DNA of 38,639 nucleotides from a virus (Duplodnaviria > Heunggongvirae > Uroviricota > Caudoviricetes), in IMG/VR virus record IMGVR_UViG_2778261594_000006, positions 1 through 38,639 of that record; one strand, written 5' to 3'. This document shows positions 27,316 to 36,821 of this stretch, piece by piece. The notes beneath the pieces were generated by a model, which saw only the letters and a list, made by a program, of their open reading frames with translations, was not told the origin of the DNA and searched no databases. The stretch's first letter is position 1, and each line of letters opens with the position of its first letter. The translations under genes and the position numbers were made by a program.

Positions 27316-28681
27316 TGCTGATTATATAGACCAACTTCCAGTCAATCTTTTAGCTACGCCCAAGGAGGTGTTGAATTCATCGGGATATCTTCGCTCATTC
27401 CCGGGCATTGCCAAACGTTCTGATGTGAATGGTGTATCGCGCGGTGTCGAGTACAACATGGCGCAGAATGCTGTTTATCGCGTTTGCGGTGGCAAGTTGT
27501 ATAAGGGTGAAAGCGAAGTCGGTGACGTCGCCGGAAGTGGTCGCGTATCAATGGCGCATGGTCGAACATCTCAGGCGGTAGGCGTTAATGGTCAACTGGT
27601 CGAGTATCGTTATGATGGCACGGTTAAAACCGTCTCAAACTGGCCTACAGACAGCGGATTCACGCAGTATGAGTTAGGCTCAGTCCGCGACATTACGCGC
27701 TTACGTGGGCGTTATGCGTGGTCAAAAGACGGAACTGATTCATGGTTTATCACTGACCTTGAAGACGAATCGCATCCTGACCGTTACAGCGCACAATATC
27801 GCGCAGAATCGCAGCCGGACGGCATCATCGGCATCGGAAGATGGCGAGACTTCATCGTCTGCTTTGGCTCATCGACGATTGAATATTTCTCCCTGACGGG
27901 TGCAACCACCGTTGGTGCCGCTTTGTATGTCGCACAGCCATCGCTGATGGTGCAGAAAGGCATTGCCGGGACTTACTGCAAAACGCCATTCGCTGATTCT
28001 TATGCGTTCATCAGCAATCCGGCAACAGGTGCGCCGTCTGTATATATCATCGGCTCCGGTCAGGTATCACCAATCGCCAGCGCGAGCATTGAGAAAATAC
28101 TACGCTCCTACACTGCTGATGAACTGGCTGATGGCGTGATGGAATCGTTGCGGTTTGATGCTCATGAGTTGCTGATTATTCACCTGCCGCGCCATGTTCT
28201 TGTTTACGACGCATCTTCAAGCGCCAATGGTCCGCAATGGTGTGTGTTGAAAACAGGCCTGTATGACGATGTGTACCGCGCTATTGACTTCATTTACGAA
28301 GGCAATCAGATAACGTGCGGCGATAAGCTGGAATCGGTGACCGGGAAATTGCAGTTCGATATCAGCAGCCAGTACGACAAGCAACAGGAACACCTTCTGT
28401 TTACTCCGTTGTTCAAAGCGGATAACGCCAGATGCTTCGATCTGGAGGTGGAATCATCCACTGGCGTAGCTCAGTACGCCGACCGCCTGTTCCTCTCTGC
28501 AACCACTGACGGCATCAATTACGGGCGTGAGCAGATGATTGAGCAGAATGAACCGTTCGTTTACGACAAACGCGTTTTGTGGAAGAAAGTAGGGCGCATC
28601 AGGAAAAACATTGGCTTCAAATTGCGCGTTATCACGAAGTCACCTGTCACTCTGTCTGGCGCTCAGATAAGGATTGAGTAA
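27263..28681 (+). CDS. Tail hub protein (P22 gp10-like)
   Basis: 472 aa from ATG 27263, the same length I recall for P22 gp10; start overlaps the HNH gene 3' end. Confidence 0.85.
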   Translation: MAIQQLPLMKGLGKSAVNADYIDQLPVNLLATPKEVLNSSGYLRSFPGIAKRSDVNGVSRGVEYNMAQNAVYRVCGGKLYKGESEVGDVAGSGRVSMAHGRTSQAVGVNGQLVEYRYDGTVKTVSNWPTDSGFTQYELGSVRDITRLRGRYAWSKDGTDSWFITDLEDESHPDRYSAQYRAESQPDGIIGIGRWRDFIVCFGSSTIEYFSLTGATTVGAALYVAQPSLMVQKGIAGTYCKTPFADSYAFISNPATGAPSVYIIGSGQVSPIASASIEKILRSYTADELADGVMESLRFDAHELLIIHLPRHVLVYDASSSANGPQWCVLKTGLYDDVYRAIDFIYEGNQITCGDKLESVTGKLQFDISSQYDKQQEHLLFTPLFKADNARCFDLEVESSTGVAQYADRLFLSATTDGINYGREQMIEQNEPFVYDKRVLWKKVGRIRKNIGFKLRVITKSPVTLSGAQIRIE

Positions 28682-29529
28682 TGGCGGATTCGAATCTCAA
28701 TGTGCCGGTAATCATTCAGGCTACACGGCTCGACACATCAGTCCTTCCACGCAATATCTTCTCGCAGTCGTATCTGCTTTACGTTATCGCACAGGGTACT
28801 GATGTTGGTAACGTGGCTAACAAGGCCAACGAGGCCGGACAGGGCGCTTATGATGCACAAGTCAGGAACGATGAGCAGGATGTGATTCTCGCTGACCATG
28901 AGCAGCGAATTTCTGCTGCGGAAGCAACGCTTGTTAATCATGAGGAGCGAATCAGCCAGGCAGAATCAACTCTTCAGGAACATGAAACGCGAATCGCTCA
29001 GAATGAAAGCGATATTGCGTCGCTTGATACCAGAGTTCAGTCGCTGGAGTCGCAGGTTTCAGACCATGAAACGCGCATTGATGCTCTGGAGTATGCAACC
29101 ACACGCAAGAAGTCAGAGGTTGTTTACTCTGGTGTATCTGTAACCATCCCGACAGCGCCGACCAACCTTGTTAGCCTGCTGAAAACGCTCACGCCGTCAT
29201 CCGGGACGTTGGCACCATTCTTCGACACCGTTAACAACAAGATGGTTGTGTTCAACGAGAACAAAACCTTGTTCTTCAAGCTGTCGATTGTCGGGACGTG
29301 GCCCAGCGGAACCGCCAACAGATCAATGCAACTAACCTTTTCCGGCTCTGTTCCTGACACACTTGTGAGCAGTCGTAATGCGGCGACAACAACCGATAAC
29401 ATCCTGTTAGCTACGTTCTTCAGCGTGGATAAAGACGGCTTTCTTGCCACAAATGGCAGCACGTTAACCATTCAGTCAAATGGTGCGGCGTTTACTGCCA
29501 CAACCATCAAGATAATCGCGGAGCAGTGA
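28681..29529 (+). CDS. Tail needle (P22 gp26-like) with C-terminal knob domain
   Basis: N-terminus [43 protein letters not shown] resembling P22 gp26; heptad-rich trimeric coiled coil; extra C-terminal domain as in Sf6/HK620. Confidence 0.8.
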   Translation: MADSNLNVPVIIQATRLDTSVLPRNIFSQSYLLYVIAQGTDVGNVANKANEAGQGAYDAQVRNDEQDVILADHEQRISAAEATLVNHEERISQAESTLQEHETRIAQNESDIASLDTRVQSLESQVSDHETRIDALEYATTRKKSEVVYSGVSVTIPTAPTNLVSLLKTLTPSSGTLAPFFDTVNNKMVVFNENKTLFFKLSIVGTWPSGTANRSMQLTFSGSVPDTLVSSRNAATTTDNILLATFFSVDKDGFLATNGSTLTIQSNGAAFTATTIKIIAEQ

Positions 29530-29984
29530 TGATTCAGTTCAAACCAACGCGAAACATCGACCTGATCGAAGCAGTCGGAAATCACCCTGACATTATCGCT
29601 GGTAGCAACAACGGTGATGGATACGACTACAAACCTGAATGCCGTTACTTTGAGGTGAACGTGCACGGGCAGTTTGGCGGCATTGTTTACTATCAGGAGA
29701 TTCAGCCGCTGACCTTCGATTGCCACGCCATGTACCTGCCAGAGGTTCGTGGATTCAGCAAGGAAATCGGGCTGGCGTTCTGGCGATACATTCTGACTAA
29801 CACCACCGTTCAGTGCGTCACATCGTTCGCTGCACGCAAATTCCGCCACGGTCAGATGTACTGCGCAATGATTGGCCTTAATCGTGTAGGAACCATCAAG
29901 AAATACTTCAAAGGCGTGGATGACGTGACGTTTTACAGCGCAACACGCGAAGAACTAATCGACTTCCTGAATCACGGGAGATAG
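29526..29984 (+). CDS. gp14-like protein of the ejection-protein cluster (function uncertain)
   Basis: 152-aa ORF between the needle and gp7-like genes, position equivalent to P22 gene 14. Confidence 0.55.
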   Translation: MMIQFKPTRNIDLIEAVGNHPDIIAGSNNGDGYDYKPECRYFEVNVHGQFGGIVYYQEIQPLTFDCHAMYLPEVRGFSKEIGLAFWRYILTNTTVQCVTSFAARKFRHGQMYCAMIGLNRVGTIKKYFKGVDDVTFYSATREELIDFLNHGR

Positions 29985-29986
29985 CC

Positions 29987-30679
29987 ATGTTATATGCATT
30001 TAAGCTGGGCAGAAAACTGCGCGGCGAGGAACCTTATTGCCCTGAAAAAGGCGGGAAAGGTGGCAGCTCTGATAAAAGCGCAAAGTATGCAGCAGAAGCT
30101 CAGAAGTATGCCGCAGACCTGCAAAATCAGCAGTGGCAGACGATCATGAAAAACCTTGCTCCGTTCACGCCTCTTGCGGAGCAGTATGTTAACCAGCTTC
30201 AGAACCTTTCCAGTCTAGAAGGTCAGGGGCAGGCACTTAATCAGTATTACAACTCTCAGCAGTATAAAGACCTTGCAGGTCAGGCTCGTTACCAGAGTCT
30301 TGCTGCTGCGGAGGCGACGGGTGGACTTGGTTCGACAGCCACAAGCAATCAACTGGCTACGATCGCGCCGACACTCGGTCAGTCTTGGTTATCAAACCAG
30401 ATGAGCAATTACAACAATCTGGCAAACGTTGGGCTTGGTGCGCTGCAAGGTCAGGCAAACGCCGGGCAGACGTACGCCAACAACATGAGCAGCATTGCAC
30501 AGCAAAGCGCAGCACTTGCCGCTGCTAATGCCAATAAACCATCAAGTCTTCAGACTGCAATTAGCGGTGGCACGTCTGGTGCGATTGCCGGTGCAGGTCT
30601 TGCCAGCCTTTTGGGAACATCAACGCCTTGGGGCGCTGGCATTGGTGCTGGTATCGGATTGCTTGGCTCGTTGTTTTAA
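29987..30679 (+). CDS. Ejection (internal head) protein, P22 gp7-like
   Basis: 230-aa ORF MLYAFKLGRKLRGEEPYCPEKGGKGG...; Gly/Ala-rich C-terminus. Confidence 0.75.
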   Translation: MLYAFKLGRKLRGEEPYCPEKGGKGGSSDKSAKYAAEAQKYAADLQNQQWQTIMKNLAPFTPLAEQYVNQLQNLSSLEGQGQALNQYYNSQQYKDLAGQARYQSLAAAEATGGLGSTATSNQLATIAPTLGQSWLSNQMSNYNNLANVGLGALQGQANAGQTYANNMSSIAQQSAALAAANANKPSSLQTAISGGTSGAIAGAGLASLLGTSTPWGAGIGAGIGLLGSLF

Positions 30680-30688
30680 GGGGTAATC

Positions 30689-32095
30689 ATGGCTACTTGG
30701 CAAGGAACAAACGGCGGATTGTTGGCTGGTATCGGCGGCGTCAACTCAAACGCTCCGAGCGTAAATGACATCGGCAATACGCTTCAGCTTATCAGGCAGA
30801 ACAATGATATTGAGCGTTCAGGCGCTAACAATGTTGGGCTGACTGCTTTGCAAGGCCTTTCAGGTATTGCGGGGGTGTTTCAGCAGGAAAAGCAGGCTCA
30901 GCGGCAGAAAGAATTTCAGCAGGCATACGCTAATGCTTATGCGTCTGGTGATCGCGGTGCTTTGCGTCAGTTGGCTACTCAATATCCAGACCAGATTGAA
31001 TCCGTTCGTAAAGGCATGGGATTCATTGATGAAGAGCAGCGTAATTCTATCGGTACCTTAGCGGCTGGCGCACGCCTTGCGTCATCGTCTCCAGAAGCAA
31101 TGCAATCATGGCTGCAAAACAACGCCAAGGAGCTGGCGCGCGTCGGTGTTGATCCTAACAACGTTGCTCAGATGTATCAGCAGAACCCTTCAGGATTTGG
31201 TGAGTTTGTTGATCACCTTGGAATGGCTGCTCTTGGTCCGATTGATTACTTCAATGTTCAGGACAAGATGGCTGGTCGTGAGATTGACCGAGGCAGGCTG
31301 GCAGAGACAATCCGCAGCAATCAGGCTGGTGAAGCACTTCAGGCGAGAGGGCAAAACCTTTCCTATCAGTCAGCAATGACTGGGCACAATATCGCAGCAC
31401 AACGCTTGGCTCTGGATCAGCAAGAGTTCGGGTTTAAGATGCAGCAAGCGCAGGAAAAGGCTCAGCAGTTGATTAGCGAAGCACCTAAGCTGTCAGTAAA
31501 CATGGAAAAAGGCATCGAGACGGCTGTAAACAATGCCACAGCATCATCAAACTCAGCCAATTCCATGAGTGCGCTTGCTCAACAGTTTAGAGCAGAAAAA
31601 CCAACGACCGGCTTGTTCGGTAACGCACAGAACATGTTCGCAAAACTTACCGGAAGCGATACGACATTGCGTGATTTGCGCATTCGCCAAAATGCCCTTG
31701 TTAACAGTCAGGTTCTTAAATTCCTACCTCCCGGCCCAGCAACGGATAAAGACGTTGAGATCGTTCGACAGGGTGCGCCAACTGACATGGATAACCCTGA
31801 GACGGTCGCAAGATGGCTTGATGCAATGGCAAACCTTGAGCGACGAAACGCGCAGTTTAATGAGTTTAAAGCCGAGTGGATGAGCGCGAATGGCAATCCA
31901 GGACAATCGCGTAATGGCGGTCAGATATTGGGGTTGGATGTTAAAAAAGGTGAATCATTGGGGAGTGCCGTCAAGCGGTATATGTCAATGAATACTGACG
32001 CAGCGCCAGCACAAGATTCGACACCTTCAGGAGAACCACGGAATCAGGTTGGATCATATACCTCAAAATCAGGCATTCAATTTACGGTGGAATGA
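30689..32095 (+). CDS. Ejection protein, P22 gp20-like
   Basis: 468-aa ORF at the gene-20 position with similar size (about 470 aa). Confidence 0.7.
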   Translation: MATWQGTNGGLLAGIGGVNSNAPSVNDIGNTLQLIRQNNDIERSGANNVGLTALQGLSGIAGVFQQEKQAQRQKEFQQAYANAYASGDRGALRQLATQYPDQIESVRKGMGFIDEEQRNSIGTLAAGARLASSSPEAMQSWLQNNAKELARVGVDPNNVAQMYQQNPSGFGEFVDHLGMAALGPIDYFNVQDKMAGREIDRGRLAETIRSNQAGEALQARGQNLSYQSAMTGHNIAAQRLALDQQEFGFKMQQAQEKAQQLISEAPKLSVNMEKGIETAVNNATASSNSANSMSALAQQFRAEKPTTGLFGNAQNMFAKLTGSDTTLRDLRIRQNALVNSQVLKFLPPGPATDKDVEIVRQGAPTDMDNPETVARWLDAMANLERRNAQFNEFKAEWMSANGNPGQSRNGGQILGLDVKKGESLGSAVKRYMSMNTDAAPAQDSTPSGEPRNQVGSYTSKSGIQFTVE

Positions 32096-34098
32096 TGAAA
32101 GTAACTGCAAACGGTAAGACATTTACCTTTCCTGATGGTACTAGCACCGAAGATATTGGCACCGCCATTGATGAGTATTTTGCTGGTCAGTCAGCACCAA
32201 CACAACAAGGTGTTCAGCAATCTCCAGCAGACAACTCACTTGCATCAGGATATGCACAGCTTGCCACTCAGCAGAAGGAAGGACTAGATCGCTCTGCTGA
32301 GCAAGGGGCTGTTTTAGGTGCTGCAATGCGCGATGCCGTTACCGGTGAAAGCCGAATGACACCAGAAATGGAGAGACTGCAAAATGTTGGGTCTGCTCCA
32401 GAGCTTAATAGCTTAAGCACTGATGCGCTGCGTGCTGGACTGGGGCAGCTATTTGGTTCCGACGCTTCACAGGAGAAAATACTGCAAAGTATTGGCGGGA
32501 AAATCCGGAAGGATGAGAAGGGAAATTCCATAGTCACCCTTCCTTCAGGGGAATATGCACTTAACAAGCCTGGTTTGTCACCGCAGGATATAACGTCATT
32601 CTTGGCAAATGCTCTTGCATTCACTCCAGCAGGTAGAGCTGCGTCTGTTGTAGGTGCAACACTAAAATCAGGCGCTACTGATTTAGCTTTACAGGGTGCC
32701 ACTAAGATCGCTGGCGGTGAGAATGTTAATCCAGTTCAAACTGCAATTTCTGCTGGTCTTGGTGGGGTACTGAAGGGTGTAGAAAACACCGCAAGCGCAG
32801 TGTCTCGTTCTGCTATGGGTAAGATTGCTCCTGAAAAACAAGCTCAGATTGACTTTGCCAAGCAGAACAACTTGCCACTGATGACAACAGATCTTGTGGA
32901 ACCGGGAACAAATATTGGTAAGCAAGCACGAGCTATGGCTGAACGAATCCCAATAGCCGGAACGGGTGGGATAAGAAATGCACAGCAAAAGGCCAGGGAA
33001 GATTTAGTTAGAACATTTAGCGATAATGTTGGTGGAATATCTGACGCACAACTTTACCAATCAGCTACTCGTGGTCAGCAGCAATTTATTCAGGCTGCTG
33101 GCAAGCGGTACGACAGGATCATCAGTTTGATGGGGGATACTCCTGTTGACATCACTGGAACAGTGAAAGCAATTGATGAGCAGATTTCCAAGTTAACTCG
33201 CCCAGGAGTATCGCAAGACCGCTCAGCTGTTTCTGTCCTTCAACAGTTTAGAAATGACATCACCAGCGGTCCAAATAACCTGCAATTAGCTAGAGAAAAC
33301 CGTACAAACTTACGTAAGCGCTTTATGGCAGCACCTGACGAGGTCGATAGAGATACGCTGGAGAAAGCTGCGCAGTCTGTTTATAACGCATACACAACAG
33401 ACATGAAAAAAGCGGTTGGCGCAAAACTAGGTGCGAAGGAAGCGCAAAACATGTCGCGTGTTGATCGTTCTTGGGCAAAGTTCAACGACATGATGAGCAA
33501 TACACGTGTCCAAAAAGCTATTCAGAGTGGTAAAACAACGCCAGAAGATGTCACTAAACTAGTATTCAGCCAAAGCCCAGCGGAAAGGGCGCAACTTTAT
33601 CGATTGCTTGATGATAGTGGGCGTCAAAATGCTAGAGCAGCACTTGTTCAGCGTGCAATGGATAAGGCGACAAGCGATTCAGGAAAGCTTAGCGTTGAGA
33701 AGTTTATTAATGAAATGAAAAGGAATCGGAAGCAGGCTGAGACGTTCTTCAGAGGAGAGCATGGGAAACAGCTTGATGGGATAATGAAATATCTTGATTC
33801 CACTAGACAGGCAGCTACTGCTGCCGCAAGCCCACTAACAGGGCAAATGGTAGCTGGTCCAGCAGCGCTGATAACAGCTCTTGCGTCTGTTACAAATCCA
33901 ATGTTTGCAAAAGTTGCGGCAGTTGGAGCTGGTATCGGTATGGCTGGCAGGGGCTATGAGTCACGCGCGATGAGGAACGCATTACTAAAGTTAGCAAACA
34001 CGCCAAAAGGAAGTACTGCTTATGATAGAGCGATCAGACGGGTATCTGAAACTCTTACACCTCTAATTCAGGCTTCAAGTGAGAAAGCCCAGCAGTAA
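32092..34098 (+). CDS. Ejection protein, P22 gp16-like
   Basis: 668-aa ORF at the gene-16 position, ATGA-coupled to the gp20-like gene. Confidence 0.7.
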   Translation: MMKVTANGKTFTFPDGTSTEDIGTAIDEYFAGQSAPTQQGVQQSPADNSLASGYAQLATQQKEGLDRSAEQGAVLGAAMRDAVTGESRMTPEMERLQNVGSAPELNSLSTDALRAGLGQLFGSDASQEKILQSIGGKIRKDEKGNSIVTLPSGEYALNKPGLSPQDITSFLANALAFTPAGRAASVVGATLKSGATDLALQGATKIAGGENVNPVQTAISAGLGGVLKGVENTASAVSRSAMGKIAPEKQAQIDFAKQNNLPLMTTDLVEPGTNIGKQARAMAERIPIAGTGGIRNAQQKAREDLVRTFSDNVGGISDAQLYQSATRGQQQFIQAAGKRYDRIISLMGDTPVDITGTVKAIDEQISKLTRPGVSQDRSAVSVLQQFRNDITSGPNNLQLARENRTNLRKRFMAAPDEVDRDTLEKAAQSVYNAYTTDMKKAVGAKLGAKEAQNMSRVDRSWAKFNDMMSNTRVQKAIQSGKTTPEDVTKLVFSQSPAERAQLYRLLDDSGRQNARAALVQRAMDKATSDSGKLSVEKFINEMKRNRKQAETFFRGEHGKQLDGIMKYLDSTRQAATAAASPLTGQMVAGPAALITALASVTNPMFAKVAAVGAGIGMAGRGYESRAMRNALLKLANTPKGSTAYDRAIRRVSETLTPLIQASSEKAQQ

Positions 34099-34106
34099 AA
34101 AGTTGG

Positions 34107-34499
34107 TTAGCGGTTGATGGTTGCTTTTTTCGGGTCATACCATCTCGGCCATTCTTTCAGGAATGGGAATGAGTCGGGTGCGTGGTTCTTTTTGTACGAT
34201 TTAAGCAGCCTTAACCGCTCAATTGCACACTCATAAACCTCTTGTTGCCCTGTAGTCATCTCGGTCCATGAAAGGTGATCCATTGATAAGACAACGTTTT
34301 CAGCTTCTTTTATGAGGGCGTTTTTATTTCTCACCGCAGCAGCATGGCTGACAGAGCAATCCTGCCATATTCTTAAAAGCCAAATAGCTAAGCAGATGAA
34401 AAAAATGGTAGATAGCGATATATACACACCAACCTCTTTAGTTTTTCTAGTTACTTTGTCACGATAGGATATGCGAAATGATAAAACTAAATTGCGCAC
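34107..34499 (-). CDS. Single-TM membrane protein (130 aa), candidate superinfection-exclusion moron (sieA position)
   Basis: TM segment VYISLSTIFFICLAIWLLRIW; AT-rich; GTG start with weak RBS, so the start is uncertain. Confidence 0.45.
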   Translation of the reverse strand: MRNLVLSFRISYRDKVTRKTKEVGVYISLSTIFFICLAIWLLRIWQDCSVSHAAAVRNKNALIKEAENVVLSMDHLSWTEMTTGQQEVYECAIERLRLLKSYKKNHAPDSFPFLKEWPRWYDPKKATINR

Positions 34500-34687
34500 A
34501 TGATAACTCAGTAATAATTGTTAATGAAAACATGATCACCTATATTGCACAAGGCGAAACAGGAAGCATAATCTGGTTTCATGAGAGTGATCACGCTTGG
34601 GTAAATCAAAGTCAAGAGGAAATACTTGAAATTATCAAAAATAACTATCTAAACGTTGCACACGACTCATCTATCCATTTTTCATAA
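34478..34687 (+). CDS. Questionable small ORF (69 aa) on the opposite strand within the AT-rich cassette
   Basis: ATG with AGGA RBS; overlaps both flanking minus-strand genes. Confidence 0.2.
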   Translation: MIKLNCAHDNSVIIVNENMITYIAQGETGSIIWFHESDHAWVNQSQEEILEIIKNNYLNVAHDSSIHFS

Positions 34688-35226
34688 AATTGTATACCGA
34701 GATAGGCAAGAACAGATGGATGTATATCAACAAGCTTTTCGCCAAGATGTTCTGTTGGAGGTGGATAATCTTTGCCTTGGTTTCTTACGGTTATAGGCAT
34801 AGTTGTTGCTGGATGAAACTCAACTATCATAGGGTCGCCTTCGTATTTTGCTATTTTCCCTGTTGAATCAATGATTAACTCTTTAATATAATGGCTTCTT
34901 GCTCCCGGAAATGCCCCAAGAGTAGTATAAGGAGGTTCAAGTTTTGAGATTTCCATAGTGGAATGATGATCAGCATTTCTTGCTTGGTGAAGGTAAGCAA
35001 GTGTTTTGTCTGTTTTTCTAAGCATGAACTTTTGGTTGAAGTGGCTGCTAAATTTTCCACTAACCGGCTTTGTTGCACAGAGCAACTTACTGAAAGACTT
35101 TTCTATATGCCCAAGACATTCTCGCCAGTGCATTTCAAAATCATCATGGTTTGTAGATGATTTCATCTGCTCTAGGCACTTTTTAGCTGCGATTATTTCT
35201 TTTTTTGCTGGGTTGTAATCGATCAT
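34645..35226 (-). CDS. Hypothetical protein (193 aa) translationally coupled to mnt; candidate lysogen-expressed exclusion/defense protein
   Basis: ATG overlaps the mnt stop (ATGA); AT-rich; no recognizable domain by eye. Confidence 0.55.
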   Translation of the reverse strand: MIDYNPAKKEIIAAKKCLEQMKSSTNHDDFEMHWRECLGHIEKSFSKLLCATKPVSGKFSSHFNQKFMLRKTDKTLAYLHQARNADHHSTMEISKLEPPYTTLGAFPGARSHYIKELIIDSTGKIAKYEGDPMIVEFHPATTMPITVRNQGKDYPPPTEHLGEKLVDIHPSVLAYLGIQFYEKWIDESCATFR

Positions 35227-35480
35227 TTTGCATCCTTGCCATACATGGTTTTCAGCGTCTCAACATCGTGTTCAAGATCTATCAATCGTGATGCTATAGT
35301 TGCAAGGTCTAGTGCTTGAATGTGTTTATTTTTTTCTGTCCACGCCTCAAGTGCCGCGACCATCTCAGCATTTAATGAACGAGAATTAGCCTCAGCCAGT
35401 TCAATAAGACGTTCCTTTATCTCTACAGGAAGCCTCAGATTCACTTGAGGGTTTTTGTACTTACGATCAGACATCGGCAC
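35223..35480 (-). CDS. mnt: Mnt-like ribbon-helix-helix repressor (immI)
   Basis: 85-aa ORF; VNLRLPVEIKERLIELAEANSRSLNAEMVAAL parallels P22 Mnt (FNFRMPMEVREKLKFRAEANGRSMNSELLQIV); divergent from arc-ant. Confidence 0.75.
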   Translation of the reverse strand: MPMSDRKYKNPQVNLRLPVEIKERLIELAEANSRSLNAEMVAALEAWTEKNKHIQALDLATIASRLIDLEHDVETLKTMYGKDAK

Positions 35481-35577
35481 ATCCTGAATAATTTTTTACC
35501 ACAGGATATGTAGGTATCTATTGACTATCAATGCGTACCTAAATACTATGTATGCGTACCACATACAAAGGAGCAAA
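35481..35577. promoter_or_regulatory. immI divergent promoter/operator region (Pmnt / Pant)
   Basis: Inverted repeat ATTGA-cta-TCAAT (about 35518-35530) and two direct ATGCGTACC repeats (35530-35538, 35552-35560). Confidence 0.4.
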
Positions 35578-35724
35578 AATGAAAGTTAAGACATTAAGGA
35601 TGCCAGAATGGCTGGAAAAGGCTTTGGAGCAGTCCGCGAAAAAGGATGATCGGTCGTTCAGTAATGAAGTATTGAGGAGACTAAAGGAGTCAGTAGCTAA
35701 GGATGGAATTGTTTGTCCAGAATG
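35578..35724 (+). CDS. arc: Arc-like ribbon-helix-helix repressor
   Basis: 48-aa ORF MKVKTLRMPEWLEKALEQSAKKDDRSFSNEVLRRLKESVAKDG with AAGGAG RBS; below the track threshold; immediately upstream of ant. Confidence 0.6.
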
Positions 35725-35791
35725 AGTAAAGCCCAAGCTATTGCGAGTAGCTCGGGCTTAAATCGCCAGTAAATTTTGAGGAAAAACTGAC

Positions 35792-36721
35792 ATGAAAAGT
35801 ATAGCAACAGCAGTATCTACTATCAACGTGCCATTCCACGGCGCAGAGCTTTATGTCGTCAATCACAACGGTGAGCCGTACACCCCAATGAAACCTATCG
35901 TTGAAGGTATGGGTATGGATTGGGCTTCACAGTTTACGAAAATAAAGCAACGGTTTAAAACCTCCATTGTGAAAATCACAATGCAGCTTCCTGGTGATGA
36001 ACAGTGCCGTGAGATTATTTGTTTGGCACTTCGCAAACTTGCTGGCTGGCTGCAAACCATCAGCCCTAACAAAGTCCGCCCTGAAATCCGCGACAAGGTA
36101 ATCCAGTATCAGGAAGAGTGTGACGATGTGCTCTACGAGTACTGGACTAAAGGCCATGTAGTTAACCCACGCAAAGCTAAAAGGGCGTTGCCGGGTAAAA
36201 TCACCACTGAACAGCAGGAAGCCATTAAACAACTCGTCATGAGTCGCGGTCAGTCTCTGCCAAAAGAAAAACAGGCTAAGGCGATGATCACCATGTGGTC
36301 GTCACTGAAATCCCATTTTGGATGTTCGTACAAAGAAATCAGTGAGGAGCAGTTTACCGAAGCACTGTCACTTGCAGCTCGAGTTCCACTTGAAGGTGAG
36401 TTCATTGGCAAACAAGAGAAGAAAACCAACGAGCTTTCTGCAAAAGAAGCAAACAGCCTTGTATGGTTATGGGATTATGCTAACCGTTCACAGGCATTAT
36501 TCCGCGAACTGTATCCGGCATTAAAACAAATTCAATCGAACTATTCCGGCAGATGCTACGACTACGGTCATGAATTCTCGTATGTTATCGGAATGGCGAG
36601 AGACGTTTTAATCAATCACACACGAGATGTTGATATCAATGAGCCAGACGGACCAACGAATCTTTCCGCATGGATGAGACTTAAGAATAAAGAATTACCT
36701 CCTTCAGTACATAACTACTGA
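35792..36721 (+). CDS. ant: Antirepressor Ant
   Basis: 309-aa ORF downstream of arc in the immI arrangement; followed by a terminator. Confidence 0.7.
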   Translation: MKSIATAVSTINVPFHGAELYVVNHNGEPYTPMKPIVEGMGMDWASQFTKIKQRFKTSIVKITMQLPGDEQCREIICLALRKLAGWLQTISPNKVRPEIRDKVIQYQEECDDVLYEYWTKGHVVNPRKAKRALPGKITTEQQEAIKQLVMSRGQSLPKEKQAKAMITMWSSLKSHFGCSYKEISEEQFTEALSLAARVPLEGEFIGKQEKKTNELSAKEANSLVWLWDYANRSQALFRELYPALKQIQSNYSGRCYDYGHEFSYVIGMARDVLINHTRDVDINEPDGPTNLSAWMRLKNKELPPSVHNY

Positions 36722-36740
36722 CAGATAACCAACGCAACGA

Positions 36741-36763
36741 CCCAGCTTCGGCTGGGTTTTTTT
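36741..36763 (+). terminator. Rho-independent terminator after ant
   Basis: CCCAGC-UUCG-GCUGGG followed by TTTTTTT. Confidence 0.8.
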
Positions 36764-36821
36764 ATGCCCAAAATTCACCGTAGCCATGCTGCGGCGATTC
36801 CTTGTATCTGGAGCAAATTAA

